32,000 nt of DNA from Candidatus Saccharimonadota bacterium (GTDB taxonomy: Bacteria > Patescibacteriota > Saccharimonadia > Saccharimonadales > Saccharimonadaceae), in the NCBI GenBank assembly GCA_025349965.1, contig CP075337.1:660001-692000 (forward strand). The letters are read 5' to 3'. The notes under the pieces were generated by a model. It did not search any database. It had not been told where the DNA came from and was given only the letters and a program-made list of their open reading frames with translations. Both the position numbers and the translations under genes were made by a program. How positions within the stretch are numbered: the first letter of the stretch is position 1; each line of letters opens with the position of its first letter. Positions 31,340-32,000 of this stretch are shown piece by piece.

Positions 31340-31981
31340 TTACAGGGTCGTGAGGACCTGCTCGCCTACCGCTTTCATCTCTTTAATATGTTGATCAAGC
31401 ACCTTATTCACCACACCATCCGCAAGTTGGTTGTAATTTCTCGTAACATGGGCAAAGCGCACGCGATCAAATTGCTCGGTCAGAAGACGAATGCGTTCAT
31501 GCACCGGCCAGAGTTCGCGGTTCTTTATTTTATAAATACCCTTCATCTGGTTCACAACAAGCATACTATCGAGCCGACACTCAAGTGTGCGATACCCAAG
31601 CTCAAGTGCCTTCTCTAACCCAAGCAAGAGACCGTGGTACTCGGCGACATTATTTGTCGCGACGCCCAAATACTCACCGCCTGAGGCGAGCTGTACACCA
31701 TCACCGTCCATGATGACAAACCCTGCCGCCGAAGGCCCGGGATTCCCTCGAGACCCACCATCGGAGTATAAAATAATATTTGATTCTGTTGTTTTTTTAT
31801 CAGCATTTTTATCTGATTTCGCTAATGCTTTATCTGTTATTTCTTCTTGTTGGATAATCCCAAGTAAAAGCTGCGTTAAATCAGTTAATTCATTCTGTTG
31901 TAAATTTGTCCCAGAGTACCATTTGTACTTATTGTAGTTTCCACTGAGTTGCATAGGGTGCCGCTGGGGCGAAAGTGTCAC
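31340..31981 (-). CDS. rnhA: RNase HI-family protein (type 1 RNase H domain) with an unassigned N-terminal extension of about 70 aa
   Basis: 213-aa ORF. YSDGGSRGNPGPSAAGFVI...NNVAEYHGLLLGLEKA...DSMLVVNQ...NQLADGVVN matches the DEDD RNase H core pattern. The start is uncertain (ATG 31981 or 31954). Confidence 0.75.
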   Translation of the reverse strand: MTLSPQRHPMQLSGNYNKYKWYSGTNLQQNELTDLTQLLLGIIQQEEITDKALAKSDKNADKKTTESNIILYSDGGSRGNPGPSAAGFVIMDGDGVQLASGGEYLGVATNNVAEYHGLLLGLEKALELGYRTLECRLDSMLVVNQMKGIYKIKNRELWPVHERIRLLTEQFDRVRFAHVTRNYNQLADGVVNKVLDQHIKEMKAVGEQVLTTL

Positions 31982-32000
31982 ATTATATACTAAAACACCA

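Overview
This window looks like a Candidatus Saccharibacteria (TM7, CPR/Patescibacteria) chromosome. The 16S gene contains exact matches to what I recall as the TM7-specific probes TM7905 (10400-10421) and TM7567 (10743-10762), and it has the TM7-typical U at E. coli position 912. The genetic code appears standard: TGA, TAA and TAG all end well-supported genes.

Contents, left to right:
- A housekeeping block: ROK kinase, an HExxH/zinc-ribbon protein, a KGG stress protein, an M14 peptidase and a histidine phosphatase.
- A minus-strand rRNA locus ordered 16S, tRNA-Ala, tRNA-Ile, NUDIX CDS, oversized 23S, 5S. By promoter and terminator signals it appears split into three transcription units.
- LmbE-like deacetylase, DUF212, gyrA and gyrB.
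- An accessory-looking block: two paralogous LPKTG surface proteins flanking a small membrane protein. They converge on an operon made of a 4-TM protein, a P/Q-rich protein and a 976-aa TrwB/TraD-like coupling-protein ATPase.
- A 0.9-kb ORF-free, hairpin-rich region.
- An orphan large type IV pilin.
- tmRNA, comM, infC-rpmI-rplT, RNase P RNA and RNase HI.

No CRISPR array, transposase, integrase or relaxase was seen. The best candidates for something new are the surface-protein/T4CP-like ATPase module, the adjacent long noncoding region, the fragmented rRNA locus with a NUDIX gene and 23S expansions, and a promoter/terminator-bounded small RNA candidate.

Every call comes from reading the sequence and the ORF track by eye. 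No searches or folding programs were run, and RNA boundaries are approximate (about +/-10 nt).
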